Assembly (NCBI RefSeq): GCF_964355755.1
Contig: NC_092670.1
Coordinates: 40,350,388 to 40,414,387, forward strand
Length of the DNA: 64,000 nucleotides
Direction: 5' to 3'
Source of the DNA: Antedon mediterranea
Taxonomy: Eukaryota; Animalia; Echinodermata
Shown: positions 36,247 through 51,000 of the stretch, in pieces
Position numbering within the stretch: position 1 is the first letter of the stretch
Layout of the letters: each line of letters starts with the position of its first letter
Made by a program: the position numbers and the translations under genes
The notes under the pieces: generated by a model
The model's input: the letters and a program-made list of their open reading frames with translations, nothing else
Database searches by the model: none
What the model was told of the DNA's origin: nothing

Positions 36247-39200
36247 TTAATAAGTTAATGATAATATACATTTTCATTATAACACTGGGGGATAGATATC
36301 AGAGTTTCCATACTTTTTTACGCATCATTTCTTTAAAACATGAATTAATATTAATGTTACTAAACGCTACTTTCTACGTAATCTTTTGAATGACTCACTA
36401 AGCTTACGACTCGACAAGCTAATCCAGCAGCACAACAAATCTAAAATATTCTAATTAAATTGAAATGCATTTAATTTTTTTCCTGTACATCATTGAATAA
36501 TTTCATTTCACGTCTACAACGATCATCTTCTATTGGCACGTGACGACGAAACTCGACACTTTCACGATTTAAGTAAAAGTTAGCTCATTTAAAACTAACG
36601 AACATGGTACCGTTTATGGGTATAACTCATGTAAATTCTTATTTTAGCGTTATTCAGCGCGTTTTAGTTGAGTACGTCAGAGCAAAGCATCAGCTTGGTT
36701 GCCGCGCATTGCTTTGACGTAACGACGCGCGTACGCCAACGCAAGTGAGTTAACCAATCATATCAATCACGAAGCGATGGATCATCATTTTCATTCGCGC
36801 GGTGATTGGTCAAATTGCGTTGCGCTTACCTATTTGTTTTCTTGTGAACCGCTGCAGCGCGCTGGACGCACTTCGCAAAGTTCACTTGATAAATTTAGTT
36901 TGTAAAATATGAGATATTACTATAAATAACTATCGGATACTGAGGTTTATGGTGTATACTCGGTACAGTTGATGAGTAATTATGATTTGAGTTCATTTAA
37001 TGAATGCCAGCAGTGTGTTTGTCATACTGGCCTACAACAAAATGGAAGTGGGCTTTGACAGTGAATTTCCGCTGTGTTAATTCTTATACAAAAATGTCAA
37101 AAGGTCATTTTATATTTTACTATGGTGTAATAAAAACAATCCACTGACAAGCGGTCGATGACGCAATTGAAGTGATAACGCGTTTTAGAAGAACCAATGC
37201 AATATATGTCTTAATTATTTATACTTCTCCCTGCGTTACCACATTACTAGTATGTCTAGGCTGTTGTGTAGCGTAATAAATGATTACAGGTTTTGATAGC
37301 CGCGGTGCATAGCGCCTAATGGCTTGTCTACGCTGTATGTGATTCGCAGTTTTAGCGTTGACATATGGACTGCAATTAATAACCGTATTTGTAATTTCTT
37401 TATGTGCAATTTTTCGTTCATTAGGCATATAGGTTGATAGAATATTTCGATGATAAATTATTTACAATTAAAACTTATTGAAATACAACAGATGTTGACG
37501 CATTGTATACATTAATGTGGGACAATTAGATGAGCAATTAATAATGATATTACGCTTAAAATTAATTAATCAAAATCAAATGTTATCACCTCATCATCAT
37601 CCCAATATGACCGTCCCACCCCCCCCCCCCCCCACCACATTCGAGACCAACATAGTTCATAAGATGATTACGCGCAGGAAACACGTAAGTATCTAATCAT
37701 GCGTCCTATAGTCATTTAAACATAGGTTTATTATTGTTATTAACATTTTTTACAAAGCACAAGTAATTGACTTGACTAATATTATCTAATTAGTTTCCGT
37801 AATTAGTGAGGTCATCATGATAATAAATTTGACCTTTTATATTAGTCCTCTATATGAAAGCAGAACAACCAAACCAAACCAATGAATAATACGACGTAGA
37901 AATAAATATAAACTAAATGCGAATGTCGCGCGCGACACAAGACATAAAGTTTACGCGCGCGTTCGAAACAGAGTTTGAACGCGCATTGAATACAATTTCA
38001 CGATATAACTATCATAATCTTGAATTTTTTATTTCTTATATACCTATATAATAATATTTACCAGCGACGTTGATGAAAAAATGCAAACAAAGATTTTATC
38101 TACAATATGTAACTTGTTATGTAATTTTCTAAAGGTTGTGGCCTTATAAAAACACGATTTTCGATATTAAAACAAAAACACATTATCGATATTGACATGA
38201 TTCTATATCAAAAACTCGTATAACATGACCTCCATATCAGTATCCTTTGAAATTAATCTACTGAACTATGTAAATTATATAGTATTAGTATACTGTGACA
38301 TTTGGTACCAAGCTACAATCTAATATATTGTTCTTAAAAATGAAAAATAATATATAAAGTATACACTACCTTGTTAGTCAATAAACAGTATTATTATCCA
38401 AAAAACAAAGATTTCAATTTCAATCCATTCGTATTTCTAACGTAAATATAACTAATAAAAAGTGAAGGAATCAGCCTTCGTTTGGTTCTAACAATCCGTT
38501 TTGTGTGCTTTCTCTCATCCCTGCATTATAATTATTTTCGTCCTGTAGGAACATCACTTTTAACGCCAGTAATTCGGCCAGGAAATTAAATTTGTCGCTG
38601 GTGGCGCTATGAGTATTACGCCACACTTTTTTTGTATCCTTTTTAATTGTCTTTTTAATCTAATGTAACATTTTTACATTTGAAATGATTTCGAATGTAA
38701 CCATCACAAACCGATTCAGGTAGTAGGCCTACGCATTAATTAAATTATTATCGGCCTACACAATATTATTTTGTGCGCCGTAGTAAAATAAAGCTTGGTT
38801 CTAACAGGCGCAACGCAAGAACGAGTTGACCAATGAAAAGCGACAGTTTGAATATTTCATCACTTGTAATTGGTCAAATTATTTACGTTGCGTTACGTCC
38901 TTGCGTGGCGGCGCCGCTAGTGAGAACAAACGTTTTGGTTCGTCGTGCATTACTTGAATTTATTTTAAATTATACATAAATAAAAAAGGCAAGAGAACAC
39001 GAATAAACAAGAGACAATCATGATTAGACTATTAAATTTGTTTCCGGGGTCCTAAAGTTGTTAAAACATAAATCCTCCTGCGCGCAGGCTACACAAACAA
39101 TAAGACTTGGTTCCCCCTAGAACGTATAGGACGTAAACGCAACGCAAGCGTTTTAACCAATGACAAGCGAAGTTATAGACAGTTAGCAATCAAAAGCGAA

Positions 39201-42200
39201 TAAGCCATCGCTTGTGATTGGTCAATTCAATTGCGTTGCGTTACGTCCTTGCGTTGCGTCGCCAGTGGGAACCACGCTTTAAAACGCTTGAGTTGCGTTT
39301 ACGTCCTTGCGTTACGTTCTAGTGGGAACCAAGCTTTACACTTGCTGTTTCTATCAATACATGACATATAGCTTTACATAAGCTCTTCTCTACAAGCGGG
39401 TTTCCTTTTAGTAAGCTGTTTATGCAGATTATTAAAATCGTACCAATAGAATTCAAACACGTACACACAATTTTATTTTATTTTGTTTCATTCTCTCTCG
39501 TAGAATTTAAATTTTGCCTAAATTGCCTGATTTTAGGAATCGAAATGCATAGCAGCAGGGGACGGCTATGTGATGTCTCGCCGCAAATTCTACATTTTAA
39601 TTTATAACAGAACGTCTTTGGAAGCTTTTTCGAGACACGCGTTCACAACGCGTCAAAAAATATAAAAGAAACAGAGACGACGCGCGTTGAAGTGGGTTAC
39701 GGGGCGGCACTCGACACACAAATGTCCTACAAACCATTGTCGTGATGCGCCTCGTATAGTCGATAGAAATAAAATTTGGTTAAACGTGATGTGTATTATA
39801 CGACACAAATTCGACATTAACCTAGATATAAAATATGTATTATATTAGGTAAATGAAATATATTGGAATCAATTATTTGTATGAAAATCATGCAATATAT
39901 TAGGCAACAGATTTTAACATACGTTTTAGCCATGATTTAATTGTAATTCAATGTATTATTAAATTAATTTGTTTATCTATATTTTTTAGTATCTAGATTA
40001 TTTTATCTTGATTATTGTCACGTTTATTTAAACTGACAAAAAACATGTACTGTAATTTCATTTTTCTTTGGGGGGGTGGTGGGGGGAAGTTTAGGCTACA
40101 AAGTGGATGTAAAAAAAAGTACCACCACGGGAAATTATCTCACGCATGGCTAATCACACGGGGTTTCCCTCTTTCCATCTGAAAGTACGTCAATTATTAC
40201 AAAATAGTATATGACGTAGCAAACGCGGTTGAATCTTCCGAGAATTGGTTAATGCGAATTGAGTGTTGTATTGCGAACTGGCTTCCTCAGAACCCCCCAG
40301 CCTCTGGCTTATAATGCAACATGGCAATTAGATTTGTTAACCTTACACGCATGATGTAACTTGTTGTTTTTGGCACGCCATTGATTGTTGTATAACTATG
40401 GTGTATAGCGGCTTAAACAACGGCAATTTAAATGTAAAATGCACAGGGGACTTGCACGTTGATTTAAGCAGGTTCAGAAACGAGTCAATTAATGTTAGTT
40501 GTACTTTTGATGATCGAATTCAGACTAAGTAATTATTGAAGAATAGATACTACTACAGCAGGTTTGGCATTGGTCAACTCTCGATTTCGATGTTGCGCTC
40601 GCGTATTTGTATAATGTATTAATTTAGAACGATCGTCGATCGACGATTAGTAGGTAGTATACATATTTTTATAACAGAAAACAACTAAACTAAATAAAAA
40701 AAGTCCAATCGGATGACGTCATGATTAGTATGAGCAATCAATAACAATCAATAGCATGACCATACAACGATTTTATTGTTCTTATTGAAGTCATTGATTT
40801 GATTTTCGAAATATTAGTTTCATTAAAGACAGCATAAATGGTTATCCTATGTTGTTAGGTTATTGCGTAGTAGTATAAACGTGCCTTTTCTAATTTATAA
40901 TTGTGTTTTATGGTTCTATAATGGGGGTTACTAGTGGGTTACGGTATTATTTTACTATTTCAAGTGTGCTTGGAAATAGCAGTAATGTTCAAAGGAAATG
41001 ATGTATGATGCATTGTCAATTAGATCAGAATTGTCAAGAATACTTAGAAGCATCAATATACAAATAAATACAAATATATGTTACGTTGGATTTTAAAATT
41101 TTATAATCTATAGAAATTGTAATAATAACATTAAGCTTCGGTAGTTCTATGTCGCTCTCCGAAAGGTAGACAAATCATTGGGCGATGAACTATCCAAACT
41201 TCATAGAGAAATATTCTTATTTATAAAATTTGGACTTTCTGTGAATATATTAAATTAATGGGGAAACAGATAACGGAGGAGTCATGGTTGACGGTTGTTA
41301 AAATCAACGTCAACAGGAGGAATATCCTTTTCAATATTAGTCGAGTTGAATGTTGTATATCCACCCCACGTGGATATAGACAGTATGGTGGTTATTATAA
41401 ATGATCGGAGTAGTAGTAGTGGATAGTATTACGGCCTAGTTTCATCAAAAAATGTTATTGGTCCACTTTAAAATGGAAATTCATTTTGCTTGGCATAATA
41501 GTACAAAATACATTAAATTTAAAAACAAAACGGTATAGGAGTGAATGAAGTGGAACAAAAGGTTGAATTTGAATGAATGAATTATTATACTGTACTGTCA
41601 TATTTATGAGGGTAAACTGAGTTATTCTTATTGTTTACTATTTACTCGCCACTCTATTTAGCCTACATCGGAATCTTGTCTACAATTGTTAATATCAAAT
41701 TTCATAAAGGTATTCATAACCAACCTTGAGAAAAAAGGAAAATCGGCTTGCAATCGCAATGCAATCTCAACATACGTCATATTCACACAAGAAGTAAACT
41801 AAAAACTGCTAATAGCCTGGGTGCAGAACAGTTAATATACACATTTGCGGGAAAAAAGTATAGGAAAATTTTTTTTTTGTTTTTCTGATACATAAACATA
41901 CATACCATAAAGAATGTCAGAAAAAAAATCCCTCATCTCAGGGTCTTGGGGAAAATTTTAGAACAGCGGCACTTTAAAATGTTGCCCTATATAACACACA
42001 CAAATGCCTATTAACACACACAAATACCTATATATAGGAGATAGGGAAAATCAATTAACGGTTTTTGTTACTTGCAGTTGTGTTTTAATGATTAAAATTA
42101 GTAGAGGCTTTATAATAACTACTTCTCATAGTAGTTGATGAATCAAGTCGATACGATGACATCATCATGCCAGAATCCAATATCATAAAACATCATTTTT

Positions 42201-45067
42201 TGGTTAAAAATTAGCAATCATTTTTTTAAACCAAAAAATGATGTTTTACCCCAAAAATAAGTAGTTAGCAGCCAGTAGAAATTTAATTTGTTTTTTACAT
42301 GGACATACCCAGTGGGTTGTACACTACATGATTCAATCACTTTTATTATGTTGGATTGGTGGGGGTTTGCTATTTTTTTTTTGGAGATTTGCAGGGTTTA
42401 GCAATCATTTTTTACCAAAAAATGATGTTTTACCCCAAAAATAAGTAGTTAACAGTAGAAATTAAATATTTTTTTTACATGGATCAAACAAATGTGTTTG
42501 ATGGGATTGGATCAGAGTTCAGCTTGCTTGGTTCGCGCAACGCAAGGACGTACGCGCAACGCAAGAACAATCACGACGCGATGAATCATCAGAACTGTCA
42601 CTTGTGATTGGACTCGCTTCTTGCGTCCGTCCAAGTGGCAACCATGACTTTTGACAGATTGTCTTTCTTAAAAAAATCTCCATGTACCTTTCACTTTACG
42701 TAACCCACCAAAACGTTTATTTTGGAATTATGCAATTATGTAAGATTCTATCAAATTAATGACACTGCAGTACGCCATAAAATAAGAGTTTTTTATACCG
42801 TAAAAAAATAGAATTTAATCTTTTACCTCATGTAATTATTTGTACCATCGCACTCATTCATAAACAACTACAAAAATAATGACACTGGGGTACGCCATAA
42901 AATAAAATTTCCACCTCATTCATGCAATTATTGGTACCATCGTACTCATATAAGCTGTCATTATGTATAGGCCTACTACAACAAAAATGATATTGCATAC
43001 GGTATACGCCTTATAAAATAAAGAGACTTTACCGTAATTAGCAAACAATCTTCAGAAATCACATCACGACATTTTACATAACATCAGTCAAGAATAGCCC
43101 AAGAGCTACAGCAGCAGAAATATAAATGGTGCTTCACGGCCTTGCCGCCTTGGATATGTATTTAACCAAAAGCAATCACACATACGTCACATCTAAATGT
43201 AATAATCCATCTATTTATCAAACCATATGAATATTCCTCAATTAACATTTGAGTTGTATAATTCTACTCGCCCATTTTGATGCGTGTTGTCTTCGTTCGA
43301 GAAAGAAGGAGAAAGTGATGCTCGATCCTCCGTCCTCTCTCCGTCGCCGTGGAAGAAGGTGATGAGACGCGAACGAACTAACGTGGCTTATTTTTATAAG
43401 ATAAACTAATACAGATGGATTGATACGCTTCATTAGGTTTGGCCAGAGCGTGAATTTCGGGAATGAGCGAGATTGAGTTGGAGCATTCCCGCGGCGCAGT
43501 GTCTTAAAGTGACCCACATATTAAATTAGTATGACAACGATCGGAGCAAGACGATGATGATAGTAAGATTCCTTTAGAGGGTGACATGATACTTTAAGAA
43601 AGAAGATGATGATATTAAAGCGATTGTCACCACTACTCTCTCTTAAAACGTTTTCCGTCATTCAGACATTACGCTTTCCACGATTTGTTGCCATATTTTT
43701 CTGTTTTTTGGGCAGGATGGTTTGTTATTGAATATATTAATTATTTCTTAGCGTAAGTAAGGCACTCGGTAATTTAATTTATTGTAATTGTATATTAATA
43801 GTTGTGTCCAATACGCGGGCCAATACGGTACTCGTAAGATGGATGACCATCAGTTTAATATATTTCATGTTCAATTGATTTATATGCATTTATATTCTAA
43901 GTTGTGTGAAAAACAAATATTACTATTAATCAAAATAAAAATGAATTCCATATATGGAAACAAAGGTCAAAGAACCAGTGTGCCAAGGTCACGTAGAACT
44001 ACAACTTAACTCAAGTACGACATTCCTCAAATTCTCTCAAGTAATAAAATTATGAAACTTCGACTTTCTGCAATCACCTGTTAAAATTCTCCATCATCAC
44101 TGTCATAAATCATGTATTTAACAACCTCCGCCACGACACAGCAGACACGATAATATGCATTTTATATATTTTTGTCGTATTGTGCATTGTCAAGTTTTCG
44201 AGAGCAAACATAAATATATGCGTATAGGCCTACAATACACAGAGGAAAGTAATATTTATGTTACACGTATGTATGCGTTTTAAGTGTATTATTGCGTTCA
44301 GAGCGTGACGTGTATATATTGCATTTTGAGTGTACTGCTTGTATTTCGTTGCGCGTATGTATTGCGTTGCGCGAACGTATTGTGTTGCTTCTAGAGTGGG
44401 AACCATTCATTTGTAATTCATTTTGACAAGATGGTAAAATACGAAATGAAATCACAGTTGTTTAGAGTTTTAGAAATATTGAAATGGTTATCATAGGTTA
44501 TCCTTACTTCCCGCCTTACTTACATTTGAGTGGTATGTGAGATTGGGGTGTGGGTCACGATCTAAGCATAATAAACATTGATCCTATCAAAGCAAAGCTG
44601 GGTTCTTTCTTGTTTAGGAATATATAAATGGTATCAAGACAATAACGACACCCAATCATTTTAACCACTTTTTATTTAATATCAGTTAAAATAAATTAGT
44701 ATATGAAGTACATACTTAAATTTAATTGTAGTAACAAATTCATGATGATTTTCATTAAAATAATTAACATAACTTTATAAATGTTCTTACCTTATTGTAA
44801 TGTAAAGAAATACTATACATCAATAAGCTTATTAATTTAATAATTATGCCAAAAAAAATTAAATAAAACACTACTTGATTAATGCCAGTGTTATTTTTAG
44901 GTATTTAAATAGACCTAACTTCTTAGACTGGCCACGCCTATTATAATTTGGTATGTGACGCAGTGACCACGCCCATTATGATATGGCCAATGATCACCAT
45001 TATAATGTAACACATGCCACTGTCACAAATCATGTTTCCCTTTTCATGCAACTAAGTTTTCTCGTTA

Positions 45068-48000
45068 TTACTCCATTGTTGTAGCTTCATCAACACCGCC
45101 TCCACTTGCTTCGTCCATCCCCGACGCATCTTCCGCATCGGTCAGATGAAGGTCATCAAGCATTTCTTGCAGACTGACCCTTGGCATCTCACCTTCATCA
45201 CTAGATTCAACAGCAACATTTACTTTTGAACGATCTACCAAGAGAAAAGACACACAGATGTAAAAACTCTTGTCTACACTATCAAATCCATATATGAACA
45301 TGATAAAGACACACAGATGTAAAAACTCTGTCTACACTATATCAAATCCATATATGAATCAGATAAAGTCATATCACTACCATATGTTTTTGTCAAACTA
45401 GTGTAGACAGAGCTTTAAAACAGCTGTTTATTCCTTGGATCTCTTTCCTACAGTGTATTGTATAGATTCAACAGAATTGATACTTTGGAAAATTTAAGGA
45501 CACGACAAAGAGGTGACAAGGCACAGTTTACACTCCTCCTCACCCCACCTCCCCACTTTTCTAAGTTTGAAATGACTTTAAATGTGACTAACCTAGATAG
45601 ATGTTGACATTTTTCCTAAACTCTGCATCCTCCTCAAGATCTTCCAGAAACTGATTATAATCCCTAAAAACAGAAAAGACAAAAAAAAAACAATTAAACA
45701 CACAAAAAAAAACCAAACAATTGAAAAACCATTGTGAATTAGTTTATCTTTATTACGAGAAAGATAATTTTTGTTTTAGTTATTTTTATTTTGTTGTAAA
45801 AATATTTCCTATTGCATACACACATACACATGGAGCATCAAAATGAAGGACCGAAATGGTACCAGAAAAGTTTTCAACTAGAAATCCACCACAAATCTTT
45901 GTTAAATGTACATTATAGTTTAAATACATTATTACTGTACATTACCGTTTCACTGTATTTATCAGTAATTGGTTGTGTACTTACGTATTTGTGGAATCTG
46001 TATCCATATTATTAAGCTCCTTGTTGAGTGTCCTCAATTTCCAAGCTCTACGACGATTACGTTTTTGACGATTGCCGTAATATTTCTTCACCAAGATCAC
46101 ATCAGGTACAAATTCGGAATTGATTGTACTAAAGTTTGGGTCATTTATGTTCGCATGGGTGAGGTCAAACCCGAGTACGCTATCTCCAACGCTGAGTAGA
46201 TGACCAAGATGAGTCCGGCAGTGAATCTGGGCGTCGGTCATCCCGAGGTCTTGACTCTTTTGCACCCAAACATCTGCCAGTTGGTGCTATAATAAACATA
46301 TTTCAACTTGCAAGTATGTATATCAAAATATTTGTTATTTATTGTATTGTTTGTAAGTAATTTATTAGTCAATGGTGAATAATTAAACAAAAGAGGTCAA
46401 AATATTTCAGGCTATGCATTTACACATATCAACTTGCTAGACAACAGAAATACAGTATGTTTAGCACTTTATTTTACTTATTTTTAGGCCACTCAGGATC
46501 CCATCACAACCAACCCTCACCCCACCCCTCCCCACCCATAAAAAAAAAAAACTGCCATGCACATCACCCCCTTGCACCCCACCCCCTTGCAACTTTTTCA
46601 AAATCCTAAATCTGCCAATGAGTATACTATATTTATAATGTTGGTTATCTTGATATGTTTCTATGTATGTGTTAAGGCCAGGTGCGTGCACAAAATTTCT
46701 ATTGATCATACATTCCAATAATTACCGATCTATAGTTTCCCCTATGTTTCAAAATTTTTTTTGGATTTTATTTGTCTTAAATGAGCTTGTTGAAAATAAG
46801 CACTTTCTTACCAGTGGGGGGGGATAATTCAAATTACACAGAAAAATCTCTATTCTTTTGTACACAAATTTTGTAAATAGAGAGGCATTTTAAAAAGCTA
46901 CGAAAAATAAACAGTGTGGTAAAAAATGTTATCAGATGACTAAGTATAGGTAATATAACTTGAATATTACATTTCTGGAATTTTTATTCAACTTCAAATT
47001 TTTATTTTCATGCTATAGCAAAAATTATCCACCGTATATCCACCCTCTTTTTTCACCTTCTAGGGAGTCACAAGACATATTATTACATTAGGTTAACTAC
47101 GTAACTACTGAAAAAAAGTCTTCCTGGTTTTTATGTAAGAATTGTGCCAAATTTTGTATTTGACCATATTAAGGGAAATTCATGTTTTTTCGTCATGATT
47201 TCTGTTACAAATATTTGATTTATGTAGAATTAACCAAATATATTATATTTAAAATTCATGCCTGTATCTGAGCTTTAAACCTGTGCTGTGAAACTGACAC
47301 AAGAAGGTAAATTACTTAAGATAAATGAATGTAACATTAGCCTATAGACATGACAAAACTGTGTTTGGTTTACAAGATCAAAGTGCACAGTATATTACAA
47401 ACACACTGATCAATTTCAACAATAAAACCTAGCCTAGTACAATGCAGCCAAGTTCCCGTGTTAAGCACACACTCACTAGCTGGTAACTAAGTGCTAGATG
47501 CCTATAGGGCACTAACTTTACATTAGTAACCTAACACACAGTTGATATAGCAATACTCTGTGAGTGAGGGTATTAGAAGGTCAACCATGACCCATGGTAC
47601 ATCGCTTTAAAAAGTTCACAGAATTGCTGAATAAAACCGAGGGCCTGTTCAGACCTACTACAGATTGATGGTTTAGTATCGTAAAAATCCATCTGAATCT
47701 ACGAAAATATTACTGAAAGCCGCTTCTTAAGAGGATATTGACCTATCGTTTATTACAAAATCTCAAAGTGTACGAAAATGATACAATCAGTCTTTTTTTA
47801 GCTGTGTTATCAAACACAAAACATATTATGATTCCATTCAATCAAATTGAGAGCGATTTATTTCAATCTAAATAAATAAGTGATCTATTTCAATCTTCAT
47901 TAAATAGTCAACATAAAAGTTATGGATGTCACCTGACATTAGTCATCATTTTCTGCAGCCTGGGGGCACAAATTTTATACTAGAGTACTTTATGATTGGT

Positions 48001-51000
48001 AAATTTTAATACCTTGGATGGGAGTTCATGAATATTCAACATCCGATCCTAAATATTCAGGTCAGAACCTTTCTACATTTGTTAGTATGATAAATTATTT
48101 TTAAAAGCATGCCACAAGCCATAATGCTTTATAATTAAAATAGCTGCCTGCAAACACACAACCACTACCCCCAATCCTCTTTCCTAAATAATGCAAAAGA
48201 GAGGACATTTGATTAAATTAAGCACCCTTTAAAAATGTTATGGTTAGGCTTTCCCACCCCGGTCTAATAAATGATATAGACCAGTTACTGGGAACTGGTC
48301 AAAACTCTCACTAGCCCAGCGGCACAAGGTAAATTAAGAAACTAGTAAATATTAAAAGGAAATACATTTCAATAAGTACTATAAAGTAATGTACCTTAGC
48401 TGACACAGATCCTCTACCTGCTATGTGTCTCCTGTCTCTTTCTTCGATCCTTTCGGTTTGTAAGACGATGAATTCTGTGAGCTGTTTGTACGTGCAAAGA
48501 CTGCTGAATGGATTTTTCCAATACATGTTGCTTGGTACATCAGCAGCTAAATAATAACAAATCTCAAATATTATTAAAGTAATCAAAGCTCAACAGGAGC
48601 TGAAACCATCGTTCATTTGAATACTCAGAATTTAAATAAAATGTGAACAAAATTCTTTGGAAGTCTTAAGGGGTGAAACGAATAATGTGGAATATATATT
48701 TCAACACTATGACTGACCTCTACACTATGACCGACCTCTACACTATGACCGACCTCTACACTATGACCGACCTCTACACTATGACCGACCTCTCTTTAAT
48801 TAAGGGACCCCATTATTAAGAAGACACTTTGTTGCTTTTGGACTCAAGTGGAAACAGGTTTTTAACTTTTCTTGGCATTCCTCGTAATCTGTTTTTTATT
48901 TGTACAATTGTTTCTGTATTATTTCTATGTTGTTGATTTTAACCTTGATTACCAAATAAAGAAATTTAAAAAAAAAAGAAAAAAAATCAAGTTGATAAGG
49001 GTTCTATAGTATGAAGATTTGTTTATCAAACTTTATGTGAAAAACAAGTCTGATATTCCCACATATGGTAGAGATGTCATTGTGTCAAACTAGTTTGATA
49101 GTGTAGACAGAGCTTGAAACGTGGATTCCACTAACGACGCAAGGACGTAAAGCAACGCATGTGAATTGACCAATCACAAGCGATGGCTTATTCGCTTGTG
49201 ATTGCTAACTGTCTATAACTTCGCTTGTCATTGGTTAAAACGCTTGCGTTGCGTTTACGTCCTTGCGTTACGTTCTAGTGGGAACCAAGCTTAAGAGTGA
49301 GTAGAATGTAGAATAACATAACATGTCACTCACTTTGAAGCGTTGCTGGATTGATGAGTGAGATGCTGTTGGACACTTTAGTACAAATACATAGTTGCCC
49401 TAGGTTACCGATGCTGCCTGCAAACTTCTTAGATAAACACACAATGTCTTCCTACAAAAAAAAACAAAATTTAAGCCATTTTGAACATTTTAGCCTAATA
49501 ATATATAAAGCAGAAAAAGAAAGGATAAAGTTAATTTAATATTTGTCATTTTCTTTTACACTTATTAACATATCCTTCAATTCAACATGTTCTCAATTTA
49601 AAGAAATGATAATCACAACCAAGTGGCATGTATAATGATAATCACAACCAAGTGGCATGTATAATGATAATCACAACCAAGTGGCATGTATAATGATAAT
49701 CACAACCAAGTGGCATGTATAATGATAATCACAACCAAGTGGCATGTATAATGATAATCACAACCAAGTGGCATGTATAATGATAATCACAACCAAGTGG
49801 CATGTATAATGATAATCACAACCAAGTGGCATGTATAATGATAATCACAACCAAGTGGCATGTATAATGATAATCACAACCAAGTGGCATGTATAATGAT
49901 AATCACAACCAAGTGGCATGTATAATGATAATCACAACCAAGTGGCATGTATAATGAGAATCACAACCAAGTGGCATGTATAATGAGAATCACAACCAAG
50001 TTGCATGTATAATGATAATCACAACCAAGTGGCATGTATAATGATAATCACAACCAAGTGGCATGTATAATGATAATCACAACCAAGTGGCATGTATAAT
50101 GATAATCACAACCAAGTGGCATGTATAATGATAATCACAACCAAGTGGCATGTATAATGATAATCACAACCAAGTGGCATGTATAATGATAATCACAACC
50201 AAGTGGCATGTATAATGATAATCACAACCAAGTGGCATGTATAATGATAATCACAACCAAGTGGCATGTATAATGATAATCACAACCAAGTGGCATGTAT
50301 AATGATAATCACAACCAAGTGGCATGTATAATGATAACCACAACCAAGTGGCATGTATAATGATAATCACAACCAAGTGGCATGTATAATGATAATCACA
50401 ACCAAGTGGCATGTATAATGATAATCACAACCAAGTGGCATGTATAATGATAATCACAACCAAGTGGCATGTATAATGATAATCACAACCAAGTGGCATG
50501 TATAATGATAATCACAACCAAGTGGCATGTATAATGATAATCACAACCAAGTGGCATGTATAATGAGAATCACAACCAAGTGGCATGTATAATGATAATC
50601 ACAACCAAGTGGCATGTATAATGATAATCACAACCAAGTGGCATGTATAATGATAATCACAACCAAGTGGCATGTATAATGATAATCACAACCAAGTGGC
50701 ATGTATAATGATAATCACAACCAAGTGGCATGTATAATGATAATCACAACCAAGTGGCATGTATAATGATAATCACAACCAAGTGGCATGTATAATGATA
50801 ATCACAACCAAGTGGCATGTATAATGATAATCACAACCAAGTGGCATGTATAATGATAATCACAACCAAGTGGCATGTATAATGATAATCACAACCAAGT
50901 GGCATGTATAATGATAATCACAACCAAGTGGCATGTATAATGATAATCACAACCAAGTGGCATGTATAATGATAATCACAACCAAGTGGCATGTATAATG

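Noticed and set aside
46670-48290. Possible DNA transposon in an NMD3 intron
   Set aside because: The composition is repeat-like, but I could not find matching TIRs or a TSD by eye.
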